Below are positions 30,655-40,281 of a DNA stretch of 64,000 nucleotides, one piece after another. Made by a program: the position numbers and the translations under genes. The first letter of the stretch is position 1. Every line of letters starts with the position of its first letter. The notes beneath the pieces were generated by a model that saw nothing but the letters and a program-made list of their open reading frames with translations, ran no database searches and was not told the DNA's origin. The DNA is from Parcubacteria group bacterium (GTDB taxonomy: Bacteria > Patescibacteriota > Minisyncoccia > Moranbacterales > UBA2206). The stretch is taken from positions 115,966 through 179,965 of the forward strand of contig JBAZYF010000002.1 of the NCBI GenBank assembly GCA_041659505.1, in the 5' to 3' direction.

Positions 30655-30709
30655 AAAAAATATAGCTTAATTTACTTCTTAAGCATAATATATTAGAATT
30701 AAAAACACA

Positions 30710-32452
30710 ATGGCACTTAATTCCGACCAGAAAAAATTTATTAAAAAAAATTGGGAAACGCTTTCCTTGGAAGAAATGGCGGCCGATTTGAGTTTGCCGA
30801 AAAAAACTATCTTGAAATATCTCAAAAATCATCTGCCAGAAAAAAAATTCCGGAATTTATTCAGTAATAATCCAACTACCAAAGATACGCCTCTTTCAAA
30901 AACAAATGACGGCTTTGAACTGAAAACATTCCTTTTGGAAAATATCAACTATTTCATCCTGTTTTTTGTTCTGATTTTTATCAGCTATCTTAATTCTTTC
31001 GATAATGCCTTTGTTTCTGATGACATTCTTGGAACACAAAAAAATGCCGCTTTGTCCGACTGGAGCTATCTGCGCTATCTTGCCTCCTGGAGCTTCTTGC
31101 CACACTTCATCTTGGTTAAATTCGGACTAATTGCTCCTTTTTATTTTCGCGCCGTAAATATTTTTTTTCACCTTGGATCAACTTGCCTCATTTTTATCAT
31201 TCTCACTCTTCTGGCTAAAAACAAGCCACTCGCTCTTTTTACCGCCCTGCTGTTCGCCGTCCACCCGATTCTAACCGAATCAATTTCTTGGATCTCCGCT
31301 CGTCCCTATGGCCAATATGCCTTTTTCTTTCTCGCCTCATTTCTCCTATACTTGCTCTCTTTTCAATCGATAAAAAATTCAAAAAAACTGCTAGTCTATT
31401 CTGGCACACTTTTTTTCTTTGCGCTCGTTTCTTCGGAAAAAGCGGTCGCTCTTTTTGCCATTTTTCCGCTCTATGAATTGGCCTTTGGCAATCTGAAAAA
31501 AAATTGGAAAAAATTTTTACCCTTCCTTATTGCTTCTGTCATTTTTACTTCAATCTATCTAACCAGAACGAGTCAAAGATTCTCTGATTTGAACACGCAA
31601 TATTATGCAGATGCCAGCGGACTGTATAACCCACTGGTGCAAATCCCCGTGGCTATCAGTTCCTACCTTGGCCTCATTTTTTGGCCACAAGGTCTCACGC
31701 TCTATCACACAGAATTGACTTTTAACACAATCGGCTATCTCGCTTGCCTTTCTGTCTTTCTTCTTTTTTCCGGCCTCGCTTACTATGGTTGGAAAAAAAA
31801 TCGCTTTGTCTTTTTTTGGCTTTCATTTTTCTTCATCTCTCTCACTCCAACACTCACTCCGCTCAAAGTTTCTTGGATCGTCGCTGAACGCTACGCCTAC
31901 ATCGGAACACTGGGCATCCTCGCCACTTTCGCTTACTTTTTTACATGGCTCTGGGAAAAATTTCCCCAAAAAAAAGTTTGGCTCTCTGCAATTTTTGCGC
32001 TGATAATTTTGGCGCTCTCCATCCGCACGATCGTGCGCAATATTGACTGGGACAATGAGGATAATCTTTGGATTTCCACGGGAAAAACCTCTCCATCCGG
32101 ACACGTCATCTACAACAACCTCGGCGATGTTTATGCCCGCCGGAAAGATTATGACCGAGCAATTTTAGAATTTAAACGAGCCACCGAAATTAACCCCCGC
32201 TACGCCGATGCTTATCATAATCTAGCCAACACCTACCAAGCGATGGGAAAAATAGATGAGGCCATTGCCGGCTACCAAAAAGCGCTGGAACTAAATCCGG
32301 CACTTTGGCAATCAGCTCAAAATCTCGCTTCGATTTACTTCACGCGAGGTGAGTTTGGAAAAGCGCATGAAGCAATCAAAAAAGCGGTCGAAATTAGTCC
32401 GACCGACCAGAACTTGCAAGCAAATTTAAAGTTGATTGAAAGCAAGTTATGA
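30710..32452 (+). CDS. TMTC/PMT-like GT-C membrane glycosyltransferase with C-terminal TPR repeats (putative protein O-mannosyltransferase-like)
   Basis: Multi-TM N-region (~430 aa) followed by 3-4 TPR repeats (AYHNLANTYQAMGKIDEAIAGYQKALELNP). Confidence 0.65.
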   Translation: MALNSDQKKFIKKNWETLSLEEMAADLSLPKKTILKYLKNHLPEKKFRNLFSNNPTTKDTPLSKTNDGFELKTFLLENINYFILFFVLIFISYLNSFDNAFVSDDILGTQKNAALSDWSYLRYLASWSFLPHFILVKFGLIAPFYFRAVNIFFHLGSTCLIFIILTLLAKNKPLALFTALLFAVHPILTESISWISARPYGQYAFFFLASFLLYLLSFQSIKNSKKLLVYSGTLFFFALVSSEKAVALFAIFPLYELAFGNLKKNWKKFLPFLIASVIFTSIYLTRTSQRFSDLNTQYYADASGLYNPLVQIPVAISSYLGLIFWPQGLTLYHTELTFNTIGYLACLSVFLLFSGLAYYGWKKNRFVFFWLSFFFISLTPTLTPLKVSWIVAERYAYIGTLGILATFAYFFTWLWEKFPQKKVWLSAIFALIILALSIRTIVRNIDWDNEDNLWISTGKTSPSGHVIYNNLGDVYARRKDYDRAILEFKRATEINPRYADAYHNLANTYQAMGKIDEAIAGYQKALELNPALWQSAQNLASIYFTRGEFGKAHEAIKKAVEISPTDQNLQANLKLIESKL

Positions 32453-32481
32453 CAGACGTAAATCAAGGATCTTCTCGAAAA

Positions 32482-33417
32482 TTATTTCCGCTTCCTCACG
32501 ATATACATCGGCCGATTAGTCACTTCAGCGTGGATGTTGGCGATGTAGAGCGCAATAAGCCCAAGACAAACAAGTACGATGCCAATCAAAAACAGAATTA
32601 CGACCGCTAAAATTGCCGGGCCGGAGAAATAAAGATTATTGGTTATATAGCGGTTAATCATGATGAAAATTCCCAGAAGCCCGGAAAAAAATGTGATAAT
32701 AATCCCCAGATAGCCAGCCAGCTTCAGAGGAAACAAGCTGAAGGAAATCATGCTATTAAACGCTAGCCGGACCAATTTCCAAAAATTATAGGCCGGAACA
32801 CCATGGATCCGCTCGTTGGCTTCGAAATAGATATATTCACGCCGAAAACCGAGCCAATCGATCAGCGCGCGCGTCATGCGATTTTTTTCCGTGAGCCGAT
32901 TGAACTCATCAATCACGATGCGATCCAACAAGCGAAAATCAGTTGCGCGCGTCACAATTTCCATGTCTGATATGCGATTGATCATTTTATAAAACAGATA
33001 GGAACCCATTCTTTTTATTAATTTTTCCTTCTTACTTTTCTCTCGCACGCCAACGACAACCTCCGCGCCTTTTTCCCATTTCGCGATAAATTCAGGAATT
33101 TTTTCGATCGGATGCTGGAGATCTGCATCTAAAATTATACAAGCTTCTCCGCGACAGCTGTTGATTCCAGCTGTCACTGCGATTTCCTTGCCAAAATTGC
33201 GGGAAAAATCCAAAACATTTATCCGAGCATCTTTCTCGGCAATTTTTTCTAATTCCAAAATACTCTTGTCACAACTGCCGTCATTTACAAAAATAAGCTC
33301 CCAAATATAAGGAAGTCTGTCGAGTACCGTTTGAATTTTGGCATAAAAAAGCGGAACGTTTTTTTCTTCGTTATAAAGCGGAACAACAATAGAAATCATT
33401 TTTTTTCCTGGTTCCAT
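32482..33417 (-). CDS. Polyprenol-phosphate glycosyltransferase (GtrB/ArnC/DPM1-like GT2) with two C-terminal TM helices
   Basis: ISIVVPLYNEE…FVNDGSCD…ILDADLQHP motifs; start at MEPGKKM (33417) chosen to avoid overlap with upstream stop. Confidence 0.8.
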   Translation of the reverse strand: MEPGKKMISIVVPLYNEEKNVPLFYAKIQTVLDRLPYIWELIFVNDGSCDKSILELEKIAEKDARINVLDFSRNFGKEIAVTAGINSCRGEACIILDADLQHPIEKIPEFIAKWEKGAEVVVGVREKSKKEKLIKRMGSYLFYKMINRISDMEIVTRATDFRLLDRIVIDEFNRLTEKNRMTRALIDWLGFRREYIYFEANERIHGVPAYNFWKLVRLAFNSMISFSLFPLKLAGYLGIIITFFSGLLGIFIMINRYITNNLYFSGPAILAVVILFLIGIVLVCLGLIALYIANIHAEVTNRPMYIVRKRK

Positions 33418-33421
33418 ATAT

Positions 33422-34687
33422 TTATGCGGGCTCTTTAGTAAACGAGTTAAAGACAAAAGGCAGCGCGCTGAGCAACGCGACTGTTTGAGCAATAATGCCT
33501 ATGGCCAGTATAGCAGAAATCGTATGACCGAAAAAGAGCATCGCGCTGGCCGCCGAAACAGCCACAAAGAGCATTCCGTAAACCACCTTCACTCGTTGCA
33601 AGGAAAGCAAATATTGCAAAGTCAAGTTCACTAGAGAAAACAGCACCACCATAATCGCAAACCAGCCTAAATAAGCCGAAACCGCGTTATATTTCGCGCC
33701 AAAAAGCAAAGACAGAATCAATTTTGGCGCCATAAAATAGACTGCGATAGAAATGACAGACACGATAGTCATCAGAGTGAAGGCCTGCAGGAAAAGTTTT
33801 TTTGTGTTGCCATTCTTATGATTATGTTCCGCCGACATGGAAAAAAGCACGGAAGCAATCACGCCGGTCGCAAAAAAAATAATTTTGGAAACAATCGTGA
33901 GCGCTCCATATTGCCCCGCAGAAATATCGTCAAGATTATGTTTGGCCAGAACCATATCCAAATTACCCAAAGCATTGATCGCCAGATTACCGAGAAAAAA
34001 AGTCATCACCGTAGTTTTCATCGCTCCCAAATTGAGCTCACTGATTTCGTGCTCATCATTTTTTCCGGCCACAAAAATGAATTTAAGACAAATGAGCGCG
34101 ATAACATAGGTCGCGACAGCAGACAAGAAAAAACTGAACATCAATCCGTTAATTTTAAGTCCGATAGCGATAAAAATCAAAGCGGAAAAGAGCTTCAGAG
34201 CACCACCGGCAATCGCGGCCCAGCTTGATTCCTTGAATTTTTGCCAACCGGAAAGCATCCCGGAAGCCCCGGCAGAAAAAAGCGAAAGGAGCATCGAAGT
34301 CCAAACAATGATCAGTGGTAGTGTGCTTTCAATATTAAGGAATCGGCTGATAAGCGGAGTAAGGAGAATTGTCACGAGAAAAATCGGTACGCCATATTGC
34401 ACGACTTTTTTGTTGAAATAACGCAAAAGTTCATAACTCCTTTTTTTGTCATTTTGCGCTTTACACTGCGCGGCATATTTCGTCATCACCATGACAAGCG
34501 TCGCCGCGGGAACGGAGATGATCATCATCAGCGAAATGAGCGACTCCGTCTCGCCATAAACCGCCACGCTCACCATTCTTCCCACTACCAAGTGGAAAAT
34601 GTAATTGAGCACGTTATTCACCATACTGCCGGAAAACAGCACGAAGCTGTTCCAGGCAAAAGCGTTGTTACGAAATTTTTTGAGCAT
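33422..34687 (-). CDS. wzx: Oligosaccharide flippase (Wzx/MOP superfamily)
   Basis: ~12 predicted TM helices, 421 aa, typical polysaccharide-biosynthesis-protein pattern, adjacent to GtrB-like gene. Confidence 0.7.
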   Translation of the reverse strand: MLKKFRNNAFAWNSFVLFSGSMVNNVLNYIFHLVVGRMVSVAVYGETESLISLMMIISVPAATLVMVMTKYAAQCKAQNDKKRSYELLRYFNKKVVQYGVPIFLVTILLTPLISRFLNIESTLPLIIVWTSMLLSLFSAGASGMLSGWQKFKESSWAAIAGGALKLFSALIFIAIGLKINGLMFSFFLSAVATYVIALICLKFIFVAGKNDEHEISELNLGAMKTTVMTFFLGNLAINALGNLDMVLAKHNLDDISAGQYGALTIVSKIIFFATGVIASVLFSMSAEHNHKNGNTKKLFLQAFTLMTIVSVISIAVYFMAPKLILSLLFGAKYNAVSAYLGWFAIMVVLFSLVNLTLQYLLSLQRVKVVYGMLFVAVSAASAMLFFGHTISAILAIGIIAQTVALLSALPFVFNSFTKEPA

Positions 34688-34707
34688 AATTGTTTAACTG
34701 CAGTGTC

Positions 34708-34730
34708 GGTTCAAGTCTCTGACTTGAACC
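34708..34730 (+). promoter_or_regulatory. Perfect 10-bp stem hairpin GGTTCAAGTC-TCT-GACTTGAACC followed by T-rich tract, in intergenic gap
   Basis: Seen in sequence; U-tail only on + strand although flanking genes are on - strand. Confidence 0.35.
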
Positions 34731-34771
34731 ATTTATTTCTTACTCAACTAAGCATCTACAAAAAGTCGCAT

Positions 34772-35725
34772 TTATTTCACCTTGTAGTACTGTTTGTACC
34801 ACTCCACAAAATTAGCGATCCCCTTCTCAATTCTGGTCGTCGGCTTCCAACCCAGCTTTCGCAGTTTTTTAATATCGGCCACCGTTGAAGGTACATCGCC
34901 CGGTTGGATCGGCATCAAATTTTTCTTCGCAATCTTCCTCACATTTTTTTCAATCACTTCAATAAAACGCAAAAGGGTTTCTTCCTTGTCGCCACCAATA
35001 TTCATCACGCCGTAACCCGTACATTTGTCGAGCACAGTGAGCGTGCCGGACACAATGTCATCAACATAGGTAAAATTGCGACTCATTTTGCCATAATTAT
35101 ACACTTTAATCGGTTCGCCTTTGGTGATCGCATCTGTAAACAGGAACAATGCCATATCCGGCCGACCCCACGGGCCATAGACGGTAAAAAATCGGAGCGC
35201 CGTGATGTTAAGTCCGTAGATGTGGCTGTAGGTATGCGCAATGAGTTCGTCCGCTTTCTTGGAAGCGGCATAAGGAGAGATTGGCGTGTCCACCGGATCA
35301 GATTCGGAAAAAGGCACTTTTTTGTTGTTGCCATAAACCGAAGAGGATGAGGCAAAAACAAAATTTTTAATTTTATATTTAACCGCGGCTTCCAAAAGAT
35401 TAAGACTGCCCATAATATTCACATCCGCATATAGTTTTGGATTGAGCAGTGAATTGCGCACGCCGGCCATTGCCGCCAAATGAATCACTTTGTCCAATTT
35501 TTCTTTTTTGAATATCTTGTCGATCAATTTTTCATCTCGAATATCTCCACGATAAAGTTTAAATTTATACCCCTTAAGAAATTTTTTAATGCGCGCTTCT
35601 TTCAGCGATGGGTCATAATAATCATTGAAATTATCAATAATCACAACTTCATCGCCCCGATCGATCAGCGCCTTCGTGCATGCCGACCCAATAAACCCCG
35701 CCCCTCCGGTAATCAGTACCTTCAT
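34772..35725 (-). CDS. UDP-glucuronate 4-epimerase-like NAD-dependent epimerase (CapI/WbpP family)
   Basis: [14 protein letters not shown]…IDNFNDYYDPSLKEARI resembles UDP-GlcA 4-epimerase signature (NDYYDxxLK). Confidence 0.65.
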   Translation of the reverse strand: MKVLITGGAGFIGSACTKALIDRGDEVVIIDNFNDYYDPSLKEARIKKFLKGYKFKLYRGDIRDEKLIDKIFKKEKLDKVIHLAAMAGVRNSLLNPKLYADVNIMGSLNLLEAAVKYKIKNFVFASSSSVYGNNKKVPFSESDPVDTPISPYAASKKADELIAHTYSHIYGLNITALRFFTVYGPWGRPDMALFLFTDAITKGEPIKVYNYGKMSRNFTYVDDIVSGTLTVLDKCTGYGVMNIGGDKEETLLRFIEVIEKNVRKIAKKNLMPIQPGDVPSTVADIKKLRKLGWKPTTRIEKGIANFVEWYKQYYKVK

Positions 35726-35753
35726 AGTTTTAATTTATGCTTAAGAAATTAAA

Positions 35754-36827
35754 TTACACATCTTCCATTTTTTTATACCACTCGGGCATCAGGTTAAATA
35801 TCTCTGCTTGACGCCTGACACCTTCTCGATAATCCATTTGCGGCTCATACCCTAATTGGGTTCTTGCCTTGGTAATGTCTGCACTAGTTGCCACATCCCC
35901 AGGATCCGCATCAACAATTTCATACTTTACCGATTCGCCAAGGGCGTCTCCAACTGCATCAAACCAGCTTTTTAGTGGAATTACGTCCGACGTCCCAATA
36001 TTATAGGCATTGTATCCAATATTTTTATCTAAACACAACAGAAGTCCATCCACCTCGTCATCAATATAAGTAAAATCCTTGGCTGTCTCCAATCCTTTGA
36101 TTCCATATACAGTCAGCGTTTTACTATTGTGTACATAATTAATAAGCCGTTGGATAAGCATGCCGAAAGGACGCTGTAAAGGGCCATAGATAGGGCCAAA
36201 AATTCGAGCAATAGCAATGTTCAGTCCAAAAAGCTTGAAAAACGCATGGCTCAGTACCTCAACCGCAGATTTTGTGGCTCCGTAAACTGACCATGGATAG
36301 GACACGCCTTCTTCTTCCTTGACCTTATGATCTTTTTGCCCATAGGCCGAAGCAGTAGAGGCAAACACAAATTGTTTGATTCCAAATTCTTTTGACAATT
36401 CCAACAAATTAACTGAACCATCAACATTCACCTGCGTATAGAGTCGGGGTTGTTTTGCTGAAAGTGGGACACCAGCCATAGCCGCCAGATGAATAATCGC
36501 GTCTGGCTTGTGCGTTTCGAATAGATTTCTAAGCTTGTCAAAATCAACAATATCCACTTCTTCAAAAACAAACTTTCCTGGCGTGGCATCTGTCTTGGGA
36601 TAATAGGTAGAAAGTTTTTCGTGCACAGGATTTATTTCTTCAACTTTTGTAAACTCAATAGGCTTATTGGCGGTGAGATTAATCAAGTCCAAATTAAACT
36701 CCTTGCAAACGCGAGGATAATATTCTTGAAAATTATCAATTGCAACGACATCATCGCCCCGACGAATAAGCGCCCGCGAGACATAGCTGCCAATAAACCC
36801 AGCCCCGCCTGTTACAAGTACTTTCAT
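35754..36827 (-). CDS. NAD-dependent epimerase/dehydratase (extended SDR), second paralogous nucleotide-sugar epimerase
   Basis: [15 protein letters not shown]…, YxxxK region (SVYGATKSA), 357 aa. Confidence 0.7.
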   Translation of the reverse strand: MKVLVTGGAGFIGSYVSRALIRRGDDVVAIDNFQEYYPRVCKEFNLDLINLTANKPIEFTKVEEINPVHEKLSTYYPKTDATPGKFVFEEVDIVDFDKLRNLFETHKPDAIIHLAAMAGVPLSAKQPRLYTQVNVDGSVNLLELSKEFGIKQFVFASTASAYGQKDHKVKEEEGVSYPWSVYGATKSAVEVLSHAFFKLFGLNIAIARIFGPIYGPLQRPFGMLIQRLINYVHNSKTLTVYGIKGLETAKDFTYIDDEVDGLLLCLDKNIGYNAYNIGTSDVIPLKSWFDAVGDALGESVKYEIVDADPGDVATSADITKARTQLGYEPQMDYREGVRRQAEIFNLMPEWYKKMEDV

Positions 36828-37022
36828 GATTTTTTGCTGATTTTATTAGTTAAAATTATCATCAAACACTCACCTCCTAATATTAGCCTACTTGAGAAAA
36901 TATTGGAAGATTGACGAATCCAGTAATCTGTGCTAGGTTATAAAATCAAAACTGTATGGATTGAATATTGCCGACCGGAGAGAAGCCGGTTCTTTGTAAA
37001 CAACTATAAAGGAGGAAAGTGT

Positions 37023-37403
37023 ATGTCTGTTACCATAATCGAAAATGAATGGATTAAAAACGATGCCCTATTGGAGACAGCTCTCAATAAAATCGTCAAG
37101 AGAGTGACACAAACAATGCCACCAACCATCATCGCACTGAAAAAAAATGGCATAACCAACACTAATGATTACAGAATAGTCCGCGAGGATAGAGAATGGC
37201 TAATTTCGCTGTTTGGCAGGAAGTTTCTACCTGTCACAGTGATAAAAGAAGTTCTTCTTGTTGTAAGTCGCAACGAGAGTTACCGTGGCTTCGAATGTCA
37301 CGTAAATCATCCTGACATTTTTGCAATCGTACTCGAGGAAATAGAAAGATTTTATGAGTTAAGCGGGAAAGATGTGGTCGTAATGAAGCAATATCTGAAA
37401 TAA
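37023..37403 (+). CDS. Hypothetical protein (126 aa)
   Basis: ATG preceded by strong SD AAGGAGGA 7 nt upstream; track ORF 36930..37403 starts further upstream. Confidence 0.5.
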   Translation: MSVTIIENEWIKNDALLETALNKIVKRVTQTMPPTIIALKKNGITNTNDYRIVREDREWLISLFGRKFLPVTVIKEVLLVVSRNESYRGFECHVNHPDIFAIVLEEIERFYELSGKDVVVMKQYLK

Positions 37404-37446
37404 CCCCCTTCGACACTTCCCGCACCATTCTTTTCATTCTCCGGCC

Positions 37447-37490
37447 GAAGCTACATTTCCTATCCATGGATGTGTAGCTTCTTTATTTTA
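37447..37490 (+). terminator. Rho-independent terminator: 9-bp stem GAAGCTACA…TGTAGCTTC followed by TTTATTTTA
   Basis: Perfect inverted repeat plus U-tract directly after + strand gene. Confidence 0.6.
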
Positions 37491-37501
37491 AAAAGAACTT
37501 T

Positions 37502-38680
37502 TTACAATTTTGACTTTAGATATTTATAATACTCCCAGCTATGGCTATTTTTATTCGTATAATCTTTGAGGGTTTTTTCTCTTGCCCGCTCGCCCATTGC
37601 ATGACGTAAATTTTTGGCTTCAATCAAACGCCCCAATTTCTCCGTCCATTCTAGCTCATTTCCAGCCAAAAATCCAGTCACGCCGTCTTCGATTGCGCCG
37701 CGGTATGTCTGCGTTGCCGCCGCGATTGTGGGCACTTTCATGATGGCAGCTTCAAAAAATTTCAACTCCGAGCGAGCTTCGCAAAATGGATTGCCAATTT
37801 CCAGTGGGACAATGTTAATGTCAACACTGGCAATATTGGCAAAATGTTTTTCACGCGGGACAAATGAAAATTGTTTTATTCTATCGCTAAATTTATTAAG
37901 TGAGCTCTCGACATCCAATGGGCCCACTAAAAATAATTCTACGTGGCTATATTTTTCCATGACCTGCATAAGCGCTCCTGTTATTGTTGCGAAATCTCGA
38001 TTGTGGGAATGAGTGCCAGAAAAATAGCCTATTCTGACGGTCCCCTTTCCACCTGAAAATGAAGTTTCGAGAATCTTATCAGCATTTGATAAGTCTTTCT
38101 CGGAAAGTTTATTGGAAACAATGAAAACTTGCTTGCCAAGTTCGCGCATTTTTTCTGCCAAAAATGAAGTTGAGACAGTGCAAACTTTCACATATGCATC
38201 ATTCACAAGCTCCACTCCCAAACCTTTTTCATAGAATTTTTTCATTCCGGCATTGCTGTTTGAGAAAAAATCCTGTGTTTTAATATATTTAGGGTCAAAA
38301 ACAAGATCATCGGTTTCAAAAATAATTTCCTTTTTTTGTGCTTTTATCCTTTCAACCAATTTGGCTATCTGCGGGATGTTAGTGGTTTTATGAAAAATAA
38401 ATATTTTGAACCGATCCGCACACTTGGAAAGCGCCGGGTGTTCTTGAACGGTAAAACTGCATCTGAAGCCATGCATTTTGAGTTCCTCCGCGATATGCCG
38501 AACTCGATAACGCGAACTATCCCCTACCGCTCCGCTTGAAATGAAAAGAATATCCCCCGATCCAACCGGACGCAACACGAAAAAAAATCCTGTTAAAATC
38601 TTTTTCAAGCCACCAAAAAAACCATCCTGCTGAAGCACAGAAAAAATCTTTCCCGTATAGCGGCTAACTACATCATTCAT
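37502..38680 (-). CDS. Glycosyltransferase family 1 (GT4-like)
   Basis: C-terminal GNPFCEARSELKFFEAAIMKVPTIA…EDGVTGFL EX7E-type region. Confidence 0.75.
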   Translation of the reverse strand: MNDVVSRYTGKIFSVLQQDGFFGGLKKILTGFFFVLRPVGSGDILFISSGAVGDSSRYRVRHIAEELKMHGFRCSFTVQEHPALSKCADRFKIFIFHKTTNIPQIAKLVERIKAQKKEIIFETDDLVFDPKYIKTQDFFSNSNAGMKKFYEKGLGVELVNDAYVKVCTVSTSFLAEKMRELGKQVFIVSNKLSEKDLSNADKILETSFSGGKGTVRIGYFSGTHSHNRDFATITGALMQVMEKYSHVELFLVGPLDVESSLNKFSDRIKQFSFVPREKHFANIASVDINIVPLEIGNPFCEARSELKFFEAAIMKVPTIAAATQTYRGAIEDGVTGFLAGNELEWTEKLGRLIEAKNLRHAMGERAREKTLKDYTNKNSHSWEYYKYLKSKL

Positions 38681-40140
38681 TGTTTTGTTTCTTCTTTAAC
38701 TTCAAAATTCAAATCGCTATTCATTATCTGTTCTTGATTGAACTCGCCGTCTTTTGTTTTTACGTGGACCTTAACTGGAATATCTGAAACACCGGATTGT
38801 TTTTGAATGAGCAGCTTGTAATTATCACGCGGAAATTCAGCCGGCAATTCATATTTGATTTTCACATCAGTCTGTCCGCCAATCAGCACGTGCCCCATGA
38901 AACCAATCCAGGATTTGCCAAAATCTTCGCCGGCGCTGATATTGTTCATCATTACCCGCTCCAAAAGCGTGGCGCCTTTGGGCAGATAGAGTCGCATATA
39001 GGTGTGATAGTCGCTGGTGCGCCAATCGCCATATGGCGCGGTGTTTTTGTAGAGAATCTCTAGATTGACCGTCGGTTTTTCCGTCGTGAGATCAATGTCG
39101 TAGGTGATTTCCCTCTTTATGTAGTAATCGGTTTTCAACGCGCCCATATTAGCATCCACCATCATCAGGTAATCGCCACTCCAATCCTGCGCCATCTCTC
39201 CGGTCCAAAAAACACTGGAGGAAAGCGACTGCAAACTTTGATCCTTGAAATTAACCATCACGTTTTTGGATTGAAATTCTTGATGCGCCAGATCGGTCAG
39301 CTTGGAAATATTACCTAAAGTGAAAAGTTTGTTAATAATGATCGGCAATAATTGTTTCATGATTGCTTTGCGGTTTTGCGTATCAATATCCGGGTTCATG
39401 ATATATTGCTTTTCGACCACTTCTTCCAATTTGAGAAAACCGTTATCTGAATTGAGCTCTACGTTGTAACCAGGCACGCTGATTGGTCCGGTCAATTTCA
39501 AAATATCATTGAGCACGGTGGCATTGACCGCAATCACGCCATCAAAATCTCCAGTTCCCCGGCCACTCAAGCGATAAAAATATTCGGCCTTAGCAACATT
39601 AGTGGGAAAATCCGGTGAGAAATTAGAATCGCGGAATTTCCAATTTTTGAGTTGCATCATCCGTTCGAAGGGATAGGGAGTCGGGATTTTCGCCTTGATC
39701 CGTTGATCTAAAAGATTGGCATCTTCGAAATAGGACGAAACGACTTCGCCATCTTTTATTTTAATGATGGCATATTGCCCCAAAAAGCCTCCACCAGGAC
39801 GCAATTCCATATTGTTTTGCAAAAGAAGCATAAAAGTTTTTGTCGTTCCGTCTTTTTTAGTGAAATTCTCCACTAGCGTATTTAAAACGGACAACTCTTT
39901 TTGCTCATCCTTAGTGATCGGCAAAAGACCGGAAATTTTATTCAATGCCGACAAGGTTTTCACGCCAATAATCTGTTTATTGCTTTTCACAAAAGAAAAG
40001 ATAAAAAAGCAGACTAAGATGAAAACGACAAAAAAACTCAACCGGATCACGTTTTTTTTACGCAGAAATCTTTTTAGGGCTAAAAAGAACCGCACGCGAA
40101 AACCTCTGGATCGCCCAGGCTCAAAACTTATTTTTGACAT
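38677..40140 (-). CDS. DUF4012-domain membrane-anchored protein
   Basis: N-terminal TM then ELRPGGGFLGQYAIIKIKDGEV motif characteristic of DUF4012; common beside polysaccharide loci in monoderms. Confidence 0.65.
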   Translation of the reverse strand: MSKISFEPGRSRGFRVRFFLALKRFLRKKNVIRLSFFVVFILVCFFIFSFVKSNKQIIGVKTLSALNKISGLLPITKDEQKELSVLNTLVENFTKKDGTTKTFMLLLQNNMELRPGGGFLGQYAIIKIKDGEVVSSYFEDANLLDQRIKAKIPTPYPFERMMQLKNWKFRDSNFSPDFPTNVAKAEYFYRLSGRGTGDFDGVIAVNATVLNDILKLTGPISVPGYNVELNSDNGFLKLEEVVEKQYIMNPDIDTQNRKAIMKQLLPIIINKLFTLGNISKLTDLAHQEFQSKNVMVNFKDQSLQSLSSSVFWTGEMAQDWSGDYLMMVDANMGALKTDYYIKREITYDIDLTTEKPTVNLEILYKNTAPYGDWRTSDYHTYMRLYLPKGATLLERVMMNNISAGEDFGKSWIGFMGHVLIGGQTDVKIKYELPAEFPRDNYKLLIQKQSGVSDIPVKVHVKTKDGEFNQEQIMNSDLNFEVKEETKQ

Positions 40141-40281
40141 AAAGTAATAATTTTCTTTTTATGATAAAGAGAAAACTTGTTTTAAATCTTAAAAAATACA
40201 TCCAAAACTCCTGCTAAATATTAGCACTTTTAGTCTAAACTGTCCAACCATGCCAACCAATAATACTTACCTAGAGAATCA

